Assembly (NCBI GenBank): GCA_043765195.1
Contig: JAYUJN010000054.1
Span: forward strand, 558-64,557
Origin: Bacteroidota bacterium
GTDB lineage: Bacteria; Bacteroidota; Bacteroidia; UBA7662; JAYUJN01
Length of the DNA: 64,000 nucleotides
Direction of reading: 5' to 3'
This document shows positions 17,379 to 26,069 of the stretch, piece after piece. The position numbers were made by a program, and so were the translations under genes. The number at the start of each line of letters is the position of its first letter. The first letter of the stretch is position 1. The notes under the pieces are model-generated. The model was given only the letters and a program-made list of their open reading frames with translations. It had not been told where the DNA came from and made no database searches.

Positions 17379-18155
17379 ATGACGAAAGAACAAGCCAATA
17401 CATTAAAACGACTTAGACTGACAACAATCTTTGCAAGTATTGTTGGGTTTTTGAGTTTCTTTTCAATCACAGTTACGATTTTCGCCTATGGAATTGGCGA
17501 CACAACGTGGTTTTACTTGCTTTTGTATCCAGTATTTTTTGTAGCCATAATTCTAATTATTGCAAAAGTTAGACTTGGTTTTTATCTGATTTTTTTAATA
17601 GCGCTTATTTATGCGCTTTTATTGACGAGTGAGGTTGGCAAATATTTGGTTTTTGATTTGCGAAACACCTCACTTTTCTTTGTTTTACTAATTCCTTACC
17701 TGATTTTTTTGTTTTTAATGCCACTGACAACAATTTATTTGACGGCTGATTACAAAAATGCAACGCTCTTCAAATTTACGTCTATTTTTGTTGCCTTTGG
17801 TATTTTTATATTCGCAATTGCTGATAGGTTTGACAAAGATTATTCAGACCAAATTTTTATAGATGCTGAAATTAGCAAACAAGGACGAATTACGTTGAGT
17901 TGCAAACCAGGTTTTGCCGATACAAGAACATTTGTTCTAACCTCAAACGCTATTGAATTTGGCAAACAGATAAAAAAATTTGGAGAATTTTATCAAGGGA
18001 GTTATTTTTTGCAGAATGTGGTAATCAAAAAGAATTTCAGATTTGATGATTTGCAAAGTGTTACGCTGGTGGCAATTGGCAAAAATAAAATATCGCCGAC
18101 TTTAACTTGGACAATTAAAGATATAAAAGGTGATGTTGCGTTTTTGCAGCCATAA
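17379..18155 (+). CDS. Hypothetical polytopic membrane protein with a soluble C-terminal domain
   Basis: 258 aa with about 5 TM segments, encoded in AT-rich DNA. No motif recognised. Confidence 0.5.
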   Translation: MTKEQANTLKRLRLTTIFASIVGFLSFFSITVTIFAYGIGDTTWFYLLLYPVFFVAIILIIAKVRLGFYLIFLIALIYALLLTSEVGKYLVFDLRNTSLFFVLLIPYLIFLFLMPLTTIYLTADYKNATLFKFTSIFVAFGIFIFAIADRFDKDYSDQIFIDAEISKQGRITLSCKPGFADTRTFVLTSNAIEFGKQIKKFGEFYQGSYFLQNVVIKKNFRFDDLQSVTLVAIGKNKISPTLTWTIKDIKGDVAFLQP

Positions 18156-18328
18156 ATCAGTGGACGAAAAAGGATTGCGGTTATATATGGTATTTTGTGC
18201 AAGTTAGGTAAAATCGTTGAATTGATAATTTGGGCTTTTAATTGCAAACTTGCACAAATTTTTATTCGTAGTAACAAAAACACTAAAAACACTACAAACT
18301 ACATAACACAACTAAAAAGTAAATTAAA

Positions 18329-18916
18329 ATGACAGACCTAACAGAACATTTCCTGAACAAAGTATTTGTTTCAAGTGGCATTACAAAAGATGAGTTGAAA
18401 CAAATTTTGCCAAAATACAAACAAGTAACTTTTCATAAAAATGATTACTTACTCAAAGAGGGTCAGGTAGAAAAAAAGTATTGGTTTTTAGAAACTGGAT
18501 TTATTCGTTCTTATGTAATTGATACAGAAGGTAACGACATCACTTTCAACCTTTATGGCTCGGGAGATGTAATAATCGATTATCCGTCAATCTTCTTTTT
18601 TGCACCAACCAGAGAAAATATTCAGGCACTAACCGAGTGCGTTTGTTGGGAAATAACTTTTGATGATTTTCAAGAAATGTTTAATACCATTTTGAATTTT
18701 AGGGAGCAACAGCGTGCTTTATTGGTAAGTAGTTATTTTGCTTTGAAGGAACACAGTATTTCATTGATTGCAGACCAAGCAAAAGACCGATATTTAAAAT
18801 TGCTGAAAAACAAGCCCCATATCATTCAAAATGTTTCGTTAAAGCACATTGCCACTTTTTTAGGCATTACGGATACCTCTTTGAGCCGAATAAGAAAAGA
18901 AATTTTAAGCGAATAG
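18329..18916 (+). CDS. Crp/Fnr family transcriptional regulator
   Basis: A cNMP-binding-like beta-roll followed by a C-terminal HTH (VSLKHIATFLGITDTSLSRIRKE). Confidence 0.8.
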   Translation: MTDLTEHFLNKVFVSSGITKDELKQILPKYKQVTFHKNDYLLKEGQVEKKYWFLETGFIRSYVIDTEGNDITFNLYGSGDVIIDYPSIFFFAPTRENIQALTECVCWEITFDDFQEMFNTILNFREQQRALLVSSYFALKEHSISLIADQAKDRYLKLLKNKPHIIQNVSLKHIATFLGITDTSLSRIRKEILSE

Positions 18917-18995
18917 TTTTTCTTGCCCTATGACAAGTTTTAATCTTTTGAACTGCTGCATCTTTGCACCATCATTAACAATTAAAATAAAAAAA

Positions 18996-19340
18996 ATGAC
19001 ACAGACAAATGAATTTATGTTGCTTTTCAGATTTGAACCAAGTAACGAACAACCAACACCAGCGCAATTGCAAGAAATGACAAAGCAATGGGGCGAATTT
19101 ATTGGTACTATTGCCATGCAAGGCAAATTGGTAAGCACTTATCAATTGGGTTTTGAAGGCAAAAAGATTTCGGCTGACCAATCTACCGAAGATGGATTTT
19201 ATATTGCCGAAAAACAAATGATTGCGGGCAATATGGTTTTGAAAGCAGAATCTATGGAAGTGGCTACCGAGTTGGCAAAAAGATGCCCAATCTTATTCAT
19301 GGGCGGAACCGTTGAAGTAAGAACAATTAACCCAATGTAA
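18996..19340 (+). CDS. YciI-like (YCII-related) small protein
   Basis: I moved the start to ATG 18996. FMLLFRFEP...GKLVSTYQL...AGNMVLKAESMEVATELAKRCPIL..GGTVEVR. Confidence 0.65.
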   Translation: MTQTNEFMLLFRFEPSNEQPTPAQLQEMTKQWGEFIGTIAMQGKLVSTYQLGFEGKKISADQSTEDGFYIAEKQMIAGNMVLKAESMEVATELAKRCPILFMGGTVEVRTINPM

Positions 19341-19389
19341 TTTCTAAAAACTAAAAAAAACTAAAAAATTAAACTCTAAAATTTTAAAA

Positions 19390-19932
19390 ATGAAAAAGAT
19401 GATAGTAACAATTGTAGTAGCCGCCTTAGTAGCATTTATCGGTTTTGGTTTATACAAAGCCAGTGGTTTAAAATCTATTCAAATCACAACATCTACAACC
19501 ATCAAAGGCTCAAAGCAGGAGGTATTTGATATGGTTAAATACTTAAACAATTTTCCGAAATGGTCGCCTTTTTTGGTGCAAGACCCAAGCCAAAAATACG
19601 AAGTAAAAGGTACAGATGGTACTGTTGGCGCTCAATACCATTGGGAGGGCAATAAAGGAAAAGATTTGGGCTATCAAGAAATTGTAAAAATTGATGAACT
19701 AAATTATATTGGTAAAAAATGCGATATACAAAAACCATTCGTAGCCAAGCCAACTTTTGACTATAATTTTACCGAAACCAACAATGGTATTGTGGTAAAA
19801 GAAACGTTTAAACTTGAATCTGCCTTGATAGATGCCTTTTTTCTTTGGCTGTTTGGTGCAAAAGCCGAAATGGTAAAAACCAATGAGCAAGGCTTAGATT
19901 TACTTAAAACCGCAATTGAAACTAAAAACTAA
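19390..19932 (+). CDS. SRPBCC family protein with an N-terminal TM/signal anchor
   Basis: 180 aa. The size and the pattern VFDMV..LNNFPKWSPF...YHWEGNKG..G fit a START/SRPBCC-like fold. Confidence 0.55.
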   Translation: MKKMIVTIVVAALVAFIGFGLYKASGLKSIQITTSTTIKGSKQEVFDMVKYLNNFPKWSPFLVQDPSQKYEVKGTDGTVGAQYHWEGNKGKDLGYQEIVKIDELNYIGKKCDIQKPFVAKPTFDYNFTETNNGIVVKETFKLESALIDAFFLWLFGAKAEMVKTNEQGLDLLKTAIETKN

Positions 19933-19953
19933 ACTAAAATAAACTAAAAAATC

Positions 19954-20505
19954 ATGGACAAAGCAACCGAAACAATGCTCGAAAACCTGAAAGAAAAAAC
20001 AGGTCATTCGTTAGACGAGTGGAAAAAAATAATCACAGTTCAGCAAATTTCTAAAAGTGGCGAAATGGTAAAGTTTCTAAAAGAAACACACAATTTAGGT
20101 CATGGCTATGCGGCTACCATTGCAATGAAAGTATTGGGAACTGATGCTGCATCAAGTGATGATACTGACGAACTGATTGTGAACCAGTACAAAGGCAAGG
20201 AAAACTTAAAAGCCTTTTATGACAAACTGATTTCAGGGATAAATCAATTTGGTGGCGAGTTTGAAATAGCACCCAAAAAAGCGTATGTAGCTCTGAGGCG
20301 CAAAAAACAGTTTGTTACGCTTAATCCTGCGTCAAAAACTCGGTTTGAAATTGGGTTTAACTTGAAAGGCGTTGAAGCAAAAGGTAAATTAATGGCAGAA
20401 AAACCAGATGCAATTTGTTCTCATAAAATTAGTGTTGCAGACATTACTGAAATTGACCAAGAGGTGTTGGGCTGGATAAAAATGGCTTTTGAGAAAGCAG
20501 AGTAG
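19954..20505 (+). CDS. DUF4287 plus DUF5655 domain protein
   Basis: The N-terminal KTGHSLDEWKKII...MVKFLKETHNLGHGYA resembles DUF4287. The C-terminal FEIAPKKAYVALRRKKQF resembles DUF5655. Confidence 0.6.
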   Translation: MDKATETMLENLKEKTGHSLDEWKKIITVQQISKSGEMVKFLKETHNLGHGYAATIAMKVLGTDAASSDDTDELIVNQYKGKENLKAFYDKLISGINQFGGEFEIAPKKAYVALRRKKQFVTLNPASKTRFEIGFNLKGVEAKGKLMAEKPDAICSHKISVADITEIDQEVLGWIKMAFEKAE

Positions 20506-20562
20506 AAATGATGTTTAAAACTTTTTTATTTTTTTTATAAAGCATCAAACCGTTTATAAAAA

Positions 20563-20601
20563 TCCCCCTGCCGCCCGAAAGGGCGGCAGGGGGATAATTT
20601 T
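20563..20601. terminator. Bidirectional intrinsic terminator between convergent genes
   Basis: TCCCCCTGCCGCCC GAAA GGGCGGCAGGGGGA perfect stem flanked by an A-run and a T-run. Confidence 0.85.
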
Positions 20602-20628
20602 TTCATATAATTTAGGAGATTCTTCGTA

Positions 20629-21948
20629 TTACTTCGCTGTTACACGTACTGCAATCCTGCGGTTTTGCGCCCTGCCTTCGGCAGTGCCATTGTCAGCCAC
20701 AGGGAACTGGTCGCCGTAGCCTTCGCCCGCCAAACGCTTGGCATCTACGCCCAACTTTGTTAGCTCGCTCACAATCGTGTTGGCACGAGCCGTGGATAGC
20801 GAAAGGTTCGCAGTTTTGTTGCCCGTGTTGTCGGTGTAGCCACCCAATTTTAGGCTCACGCTCGGGTACGCTTTTAGTATTTCAGCTATGTTTTTTACCT
20901 GCTCTGCGCTTTCGGCGGTCAGGCTGGCTTTTCCAGTAGCAAAATTGATGCGGTCAAAATTAAACCAAGTCGTTTTGTCCACCGCTTTGTCTTTGTCTTC
21001 TATAAACCCGATAAGTTTGTTTTCAATGCCATTTTCTGGTATGTTCAGCTCTACGCCAGTGCTAAGTTTTTTCTTAAAAAACGCACCCAACGCACTCATC
21101 GCATCGCTTACATTGGCTTTTGCACTATCTACCATCGCTGTGGCGGTATTTGTTACCATGCTATCTACGTTGTTCAAGTTAGCGGTAGCAAGGCTATCTA
21201 CTGCCATGCCAGCTTCTGTTTTGTTGCCTTTGCAGTTTTTCATAAACCAAAAGCCGCCCAAAGCCAACAGACCCAAAAGCAACCAAGGCAACCATTTGCC
21301 GATGCCTGATTTGGCTTCGCCCACCTGCGCATTTACGCTGCTGGCGGCACTGCCTATGGTGCTGGTAGCAGCCGATGCCACGCTACCCAAGCCCAATTTA
21401 TCGAAACTACCGATGCCCAACAAAGCAGCCAAGCCAGCAGGTGCGGCGGCTTGCAGAATGCCAGACTGGCTGCCCATTAGGTTAGCCAAGCCAGAAGCAC
21501 CCAAGTTTTGCTCGCCTTTTATTTTGCCCAACAAACCCATCGCCACAGGCGCAGCAAGGCTCATTAAGTTGGCAGAACTTTCACGTTTTATGCCACTTAC
21601 CGACGATATAAGGTCTATAACGCCCGTCATTTTATCGCCAAAAATATTGCCCAAAAGCGAAGAGCCGCTGCGCATAAGTGCGTTTGTGCTGTCGCCGCCA
21701 CCAAAAATACCAGCCACGTCGCTCAAAATATTCCCGTTGTGGTTGCCTTGGGTAAGCATATTCAACAAGCTGCTTGCGCCTTCGGTGGTCGCCGCTTTGC
21801 TCGCCAAACCGCCCAATAGCGCAGGTATAGCCTGAGAAATGGCGTTGCTTGTGTTTTTGCTGTCTTCGCCCAAAAAGCTACTGGCAGCACCCATTACTTG
21901 TTCGTTGGCTAATGCGCCTTTTAGTAAATCAACTAAGTTTAATGACAT
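20629..21948 (-). CDS. OmpA family protein with an N-terminal DUF937-like region
   Basis: C-terminus GGYTDNTGNKTANLSLSTARANTIVSEL...GRAQNRRIAVRV. N-terminus MSLNLVDLLKGAL...AIPALLGGLASKA. One central TM segment. Confidence 0.85.
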   Translation of the reverse strand: MSLNLVDLLKGALANEQVMGAASSFLGEDSKNTSNAISQAIPALLGGLASKAATTEGASSLLNMLTQGNHNGNILSDVAGIFGGGDSTNALMRSGSSLLGNIFGDKMTGVIDLISSVSGIKRESSANLMSLAAPVAMGLLGKIKGEQNLGASGLANLMGSQSGILQAAAPAGLAALLGIGSFDKLGLGSVASAATSTIGSAASSVNAQVGEAKSGIGKWLPWLLLGLLALGGFWFMKNCKGNKTEAGMAVDSLATANLNNVDSMVTNTATAMVDSAKANVSDAMSALGAFFKKKLSTGVELNIPENGIENKLIGFIEDKDKAVDKTTWFNFDRINFATGKASLTAESAEQVKNIAEILKAYPSVSLKLGGYTDNTGNKTANLSLSTARANTIVSELTKLGVDAKRLAGEGYGDQFPVADNGTAEGRAQNRRIAVRVTAK

Positions 21949-22159
21949 CTGTTTAAATAAATTAAATTGTTTAATGTTTTAGGTTATAAAGGTGTTTTGT
22001 GAGAACAGTAACGCTAATATCAAATATTGAGCCAAATATTAAGAATATCTGAACTTATTTTTGCTAAATGTGGCTAAAATACTAAAATAACCCAAAAATA
22101 CGGCGACCAAACGCCGTTTATGCAAATAAAATTAACACGTTTCTACCAAAAAAATATCG

Positions 22160-22167
22160 TAATTTTG
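22160..22167 (+). promoter_or_regulatory. Candidate -7 promoter box for hppD
   Basis: TAATTTTG ends 29 nt before ATG 22197. Confidence 0.45.
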
Positions 22168-22196
22168 CGCCCATCATCAACCAATAAGTAAATACA

Positions 22197-23324
22197 ATGC
22201 TAAATACGCAAGTTGCGCCAGTTACAAGTGCGCAAACCGACTTTTTGCCCTTGCTCGGCACCGACTACGTCGAGTTTTATGTAGGCAACAGCAAACAAAC
22301 CGCCCATTTTTTCAAATCTGCCTTTGGTTTTCAATCCATAGCCTACGCAGGCTTAGAAACGGGCGCAAAACAAACCCAAAGCTACGTGCTGGGGCAGGGC
22401 AAAATCCGCTTGGTGTTCACCAGCCCGCTCTACCCAAACTCCGACATAGGCAGGCACATCGACCAGCACGGCGATGGCGTAAAAGTAATAGCACTTTGGG
22501 TAGCCGATGCCACAAAAGCATACCAAGAAACCATAAAAAGGGGCGCAAAATCGTACTTAGAACCCACAAAATTAGAAGACGAACACGGCTCTGTAATCCA
22601 ATCGGGCATTTATACATACGGCGAAACCGTGCATTTGTTCATAGAGCGCAGCCAATACAACGGCGTGTTTTTGCCCGGATTTCAGCCGCACAACCCCGAT
22701 TTTCAGCCACAAACCGCAGGTTTACAGCACATAGACCACATTGTGGGCAACGTGGGCTGGAACCAAATGGATACTTGGGTGAATTTTTATGAGGAGGTAA
22801 TGGGCTTTAAAAACATCTTGTCTTTCGACGACAAAGACATTTCTACCGAGTATTCTGCGCTTATGAGCAAAGTAATGAGCAACGGAAACGGCTACGTGAA
22901 GTTTCCGATAAATGAGCCTGCCGAGGGCAAGCGCAAGTCTCAAATAGAAGAATACATCGATTTTTATGGCGGAGCTGGCGTGCAGCACTTAGCCTTGGCT
23001 ACCAACAACATCATAGAAACCGTTACAGACCTGCAAAACAGGGGCATCGAGTTTTTGAGAGTGCCAGATAGCTACTACCACACCGTGCTGGATAGGGTGG
23101 GGCAAATAGACGAAGATTTAGCGCCGCTGCGGCACTTGGGCATTTTAATAGACAGGGACGACGAAGGCTATTTGCTCCAAATTTTTACCAAACCACTCAT
23201 GCCTCGCCCCACCGTTTTTATAGAAATTATTCAGCGAAAAGGCGCACAATCGTTCGGAAAAGGCAACTTCAAAGCACTTTTTGAAGCCATAGAGCGGGAA
23301 CAAGCCATTAGAGGCACCTTGTAG
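22197..23324 (+). CDS. hppD: 4-hydroxyphenylpyruvate dioxygenase
   Basis: 375 aa with HIDHIVGNV...YVKFPINEP...SQIEEYIDFYGGAGVQHLAL...IFTKP...RPTVFIEIIQR...FGKGNFKALFEAIEREQ. Confidence 0.9.
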   Translation: MLNTQVAPVTSAQTDFLPLLGTDYVEFYVGNSKQTAHFFKSAFGFQSIAYAGLETGAKQTQSYVLGQGKIRLVFTSPLYPNSDIGRHIDQHGDGVKVIALWVADATKAYQETIKRGAKSYLEPTKLEDEHGSVIQSGIYTYGETVHLFIERSQYNGVFLPGFQPHNPDFQPQTAGLQHIDHIVGNVGWNQMDTWVNFYEEVMGFKNILSFDDKDISTEYSALMSKVMSNGNGYVKFPINEPAEGKRKSQIEEYIDFYGGAGVQHLALATNNIIETVTDLQNRGIEFLRVPDSYYHTVLDRVGQIDEDLAPLRHLGILIDRDDEGYLLQIFTKPLMPRPTVFIEIIQRKGAQSFGKGNFKALFEAIEREQAIRGTL

Positions 23325-23344
23325 TTTTTAACCAAAACCAGACC

Positions 23345-24598
23345 ATGAAAAGTTTTATAGACATAGCTCCTCACAGCGATTTTAGTATTTACAACCTACC
23401 GTTTGGCATTTTTAACGATGCCCAAAACGACCAAAAACGTGTGGGCGTAGCCATAGGCGAGTACGTGCTGGATTTGTGCAAGGTCGCAGATTTGGGCTAT
23501 TTTGATTTTTTGGGATTTAGCGAAGATTGGGCGGATAGCTTCGCACAGCCGAATTTAAACGAATTTATGGCTTTGGGCAAAAGCGTTACCAGCCGCATTC
23601 GCACCGAAATTCAAAAATTATTGCTTGAACACAGCGAATTGGAGCAATACCAAGCCGAGGTTCTGCTGCCCATACACGCCGTGCAGCTTTATTTGCCCAT
23701 AAAAATAGGCAATTACACCGATTTTTACAGCAGCCAAGAACACGCCACCAACGTGGGCAAGCTCTTTCGCCCCGATAGCCCGCTCATGCCCAACTGGAAA
23801 CACCTACCCGTGGCTTACCACGGGCGTGCCTCGAGTATTGTGGTGAGCGGCACAAACATTGTGCGCCCGTGCGGGCAGGTTTTGCCGCCAAATGCGGAGC
23901 TACCCGTATTTTCTCCCTCGAAAAACATGGATTTTGAGTTAGAAACCGCCTTTGTAATCGGTAAAAACTCCGAACTCGGCAGCCCAATTGACATTTCGGA
24001 TACCCCCGATTATATTTTTGGCATGATGCTCTTCAACGATTGGTCTGCCCGAGACATTCAACGCTGGGAATATGTGCCGCTCGGTCCGTTTTTGGGCAAA
24101 AATTTTGGCTCTACGCTCTCGCCTTGGGTAGTGATGCTCGATGCCTTAGCGCCTTTTCGATGCCAGCCACCCGTGCAAGACCAAGTAGTTTTGCCTTATT
24201 TACAGTGTGCCGAGCCTTTTGCCTACGACATACAATTGCACGCATTTTTGGAAACCGAAAACGGTTCGCAAACGCTCCTTACGCAGTCTAATTTTAAGTA
24301 TTTGTACTGGACCATGCAGCAGCAACTGGCGCACCACACCGTAAATGGGTGTAATGTAGAGGTGGGCGATTTGTTGGCTTCGGGCACTATATCGGGCGGC
24401 ACGCCCGATAGCTGGGGCAGCCTGCTCGAGCTATCGCTGGGCGGTAAAACCCCGATAACCCTCACCGACGGCTCGCAGCGCACTTTTTTGCAAGACGGCG
24501 ATAGCATTGTGCTGCGTGGCTTTTGTGCAAACAATGAGATGCGTGTGGGTTTTGGCGAAGCTCGAGGAAAATTATTGCCAAACAATAGGCAGTTGTAG
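23345..24598 (+). CDS. fahA: Fumarylacetoacetase
   Basis: 417 aa with NLPFGIF...YTDFYSS.EHATNVG...HLPVAYHGRASS...FDFELE...NDWSARDIQ.WEYVPLGPF. Confidence 0.9.
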   Translation: MKSFIDIAPHSDFSIYNLPFGIFNDAQNDQKRVGVAIGEYVLDLCKVADLGYFDFLGFSEDWADSFAQPNLNEFMALGKSVTSRIRTEIQKLLLEHSELEQYQAEVLLPIHAVQLYLPIKIGNYTDFYSSQEHATNVGKLFRPDSPLMPNWKHLPVAYHGRASSIVVSGTNIVRPCGQVLPPNAELPVFSPSKNMDFELETAFVIGKNSELGSPIDISDTPDYIFGMMLFNDWSARDIQRWEYVPLGPFLGKNFGSTLSPWVVMLDALAPFRCQPPVQDQVVLPYLQCAEPFAYDIQLHAFLETENGSQTLLTQSNFKYLYWTMQQQLAHHTVNGCNVEVGDLLASGTISGGTPDSWGSLLELSLGGKTPITLTDGSQRTFLQDGDSIVLRGFCANNEMRVGFGEARGKLLPNNRQL

Positions 24599-24642
24599 CT
24601 GGCACTCACAATAAATATTAGTTGTAGCTCATTTACCCATAA

Positions 24643-24680
24643 AAAAGCAAAGCCCCACCAAAGGTGGGGCTTTGCTTTTG
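24643..24680. terminator. Bidirectional intrinsic terminator
   Basis: GCAAAGCCCCACC AAA GGTGGGGCTTTGC flanked by an A-run and a T-run, between convergent fahA and the lipoprotein gene. Confidence 0.85.
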
Positions 24681-24692
24681 GTTTATATCAAA

Positions 24693-25958
24693 TTAACCAC
24701 ATTTGTTGTCAGTATCTTTCACTACGCCATTTGCGTCAAATTCTACTTCAATGCGTTGGTTGCCCACACGTACATTTACTTTGTAGCCTTTTATTACGCC
24801 ATTTTGTTTGCGTACCGATGCTTTTAGGAACACATAACCCGCTTGGTTTGCGCTAAGTGCGGCTACCACGCTTGCTGGTAGGGCTGCTTCGCTAACGTTT
24901 GAAGTTTGTGCTACTGCGTTGTCGTTTTGCATTGTGCCTGTGGCATCAAAGCGTACACGGTGTATTGCGCCGCTTGCATCTATAACCAATGCTTCGCTGC
25001 CTGTTATGCCTGTGTTATTGCGTTTCGAAGATGCACTTAAAAAAGTGTAACCCGAATAAGTGCTGCTTAGGTAAGATGCTACGCTTGCTGGCAAGCCTGC
25101 TGCGCTGTACGAAGTATCGCATGGGTCGTGTTGGTGTCCGTTTCCGCCGCCATTGCCACCACCGTTACCTGGTCCGCCGCCGTTACCGCCGCCGCCGCCA
25201 TTACCTGGTCCGCCACCGTTTCCACCGCCGCCATTGCCACCACCACGAGTAATTTTGGTAGCACTTACAAAATTGCCATTGGCATCAAACCTTACAAGGT
25301 ATAGGTTGCCGCCAGATGCGATTACTACATCGTAAGCTGCTGGTACGCCGTTTACTATTTTTACTGCTGCAAATTTAAAGCTCCAGCCCACATAAGCGGT
25401 ATCCAAATAGCCTTTTACATTTGCGGGTAAGTTTACTGAATCCACAGCCAAACGACCGTCGGTACTTGTAAATGCGCTCACAAAGTTGCCGTTGGCATCA
25501 AAGCGAAGGCGTACAAAAGTGCCGTTTTGGAATATTTGTACTGCATAACCGCCTGCGTTGTTTTGGTTTGCACGTAGTTTAAATGCGCCTATAAACTGGT
25601 AGCCAGTATATACGCTATCTAAGTATTGGCGCACGTTTGCGGGTAGGCTATCTACTGGTATGCCATGACCTGAGCAGCGTATGCCACCACGTCCGCCATC
25701 TACGCTTGCGGTTGGGTCGGCAAATTCAGCGAGCATTTTTACGCTTCCTACCATAAATTCGGCTTCTATGGTTTTGGCTTGTCCTACTTTTTCCCACGTA
25801 ATTTCATCGGCATTCGGAAAGCTCTGCTCCAAACTGCTGTTTACCGTTGCTGGTATTGTGCTGTTGCCGATTGGCGTAACGATGTTGTCCGTTCCGCACG
25901 AAGTTAGTCCGATTGCGCTTATGGCGAGGGCTAACAGTGAAAATTTGATTTTTTTCAT
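24693..25958 (-). CDS. Lipoprotein built from repeated PepSY-like modules with a Gly/Asn/Pro linker
   Basis: Lipobox LTSCG. Four repeats of LPA(N/S)V..YL...Y.G..F. Linker GGGNGGGGNGGGPGNGGGGGNGGGPGNGGGNGGGNG. Confidence 0.6.
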   Translation of the reverse strand: MKKIKFSLLALAISAIGLTSCGTDNIVTPIGNSTIPATVNSSLEQSFPNADEITWEKVGQAKTIEAEFMVGSVKMLAEFADPTASVDGGRGGIRCSGHGIPVDSLPANVRQYLDSVYTGYQFIGAFKLRANQNNAGGYAVQIFQNGTFVRLRFDANGNFVSAFTSTDGRLAVDSVNLPANVKGYLDTAYVGWSFKFAAVKIVNGVPAAYDVVIASGGNLYLVRFDANGNFVSATKITRGGGNGGGGNGGGPGNGGGGGNGGGPGNGGGNGGGNGHQHDPCDTSYSAAGLPASVASYLSSTYSGYTFLSASSKRNNTGITGSEALVIDASGAIHRVRFDATGTMQNDNAVAQTSNVSEAALPASVVAALSANQAGYVFLKASVRKQNGVIKGYKVNVRVGNQRIEVEFDANGVVKDTDNKCG

Positions 25959-26069
25959 TCTTTTTGGTTGAAATGAGGTTGATTGGTTTTTACTTTAAAG
26001 TTTTAAAGCGTTGTTTGACACACAAGACTACCTAAGGTTTAAAAAGGTTTCCTTTTATTTATAAAAAAA

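Noticed and set aside
20888-21835. 315-aa + strand ORF antisense to the OmpA/DUF937 gene.
   Set aside because: Its composition is low-complexity Ala/Ser/Leu/Pro. The minus-strand frame carries a clear OmpA C-terminal domain, so this is a typical shadow ORF.
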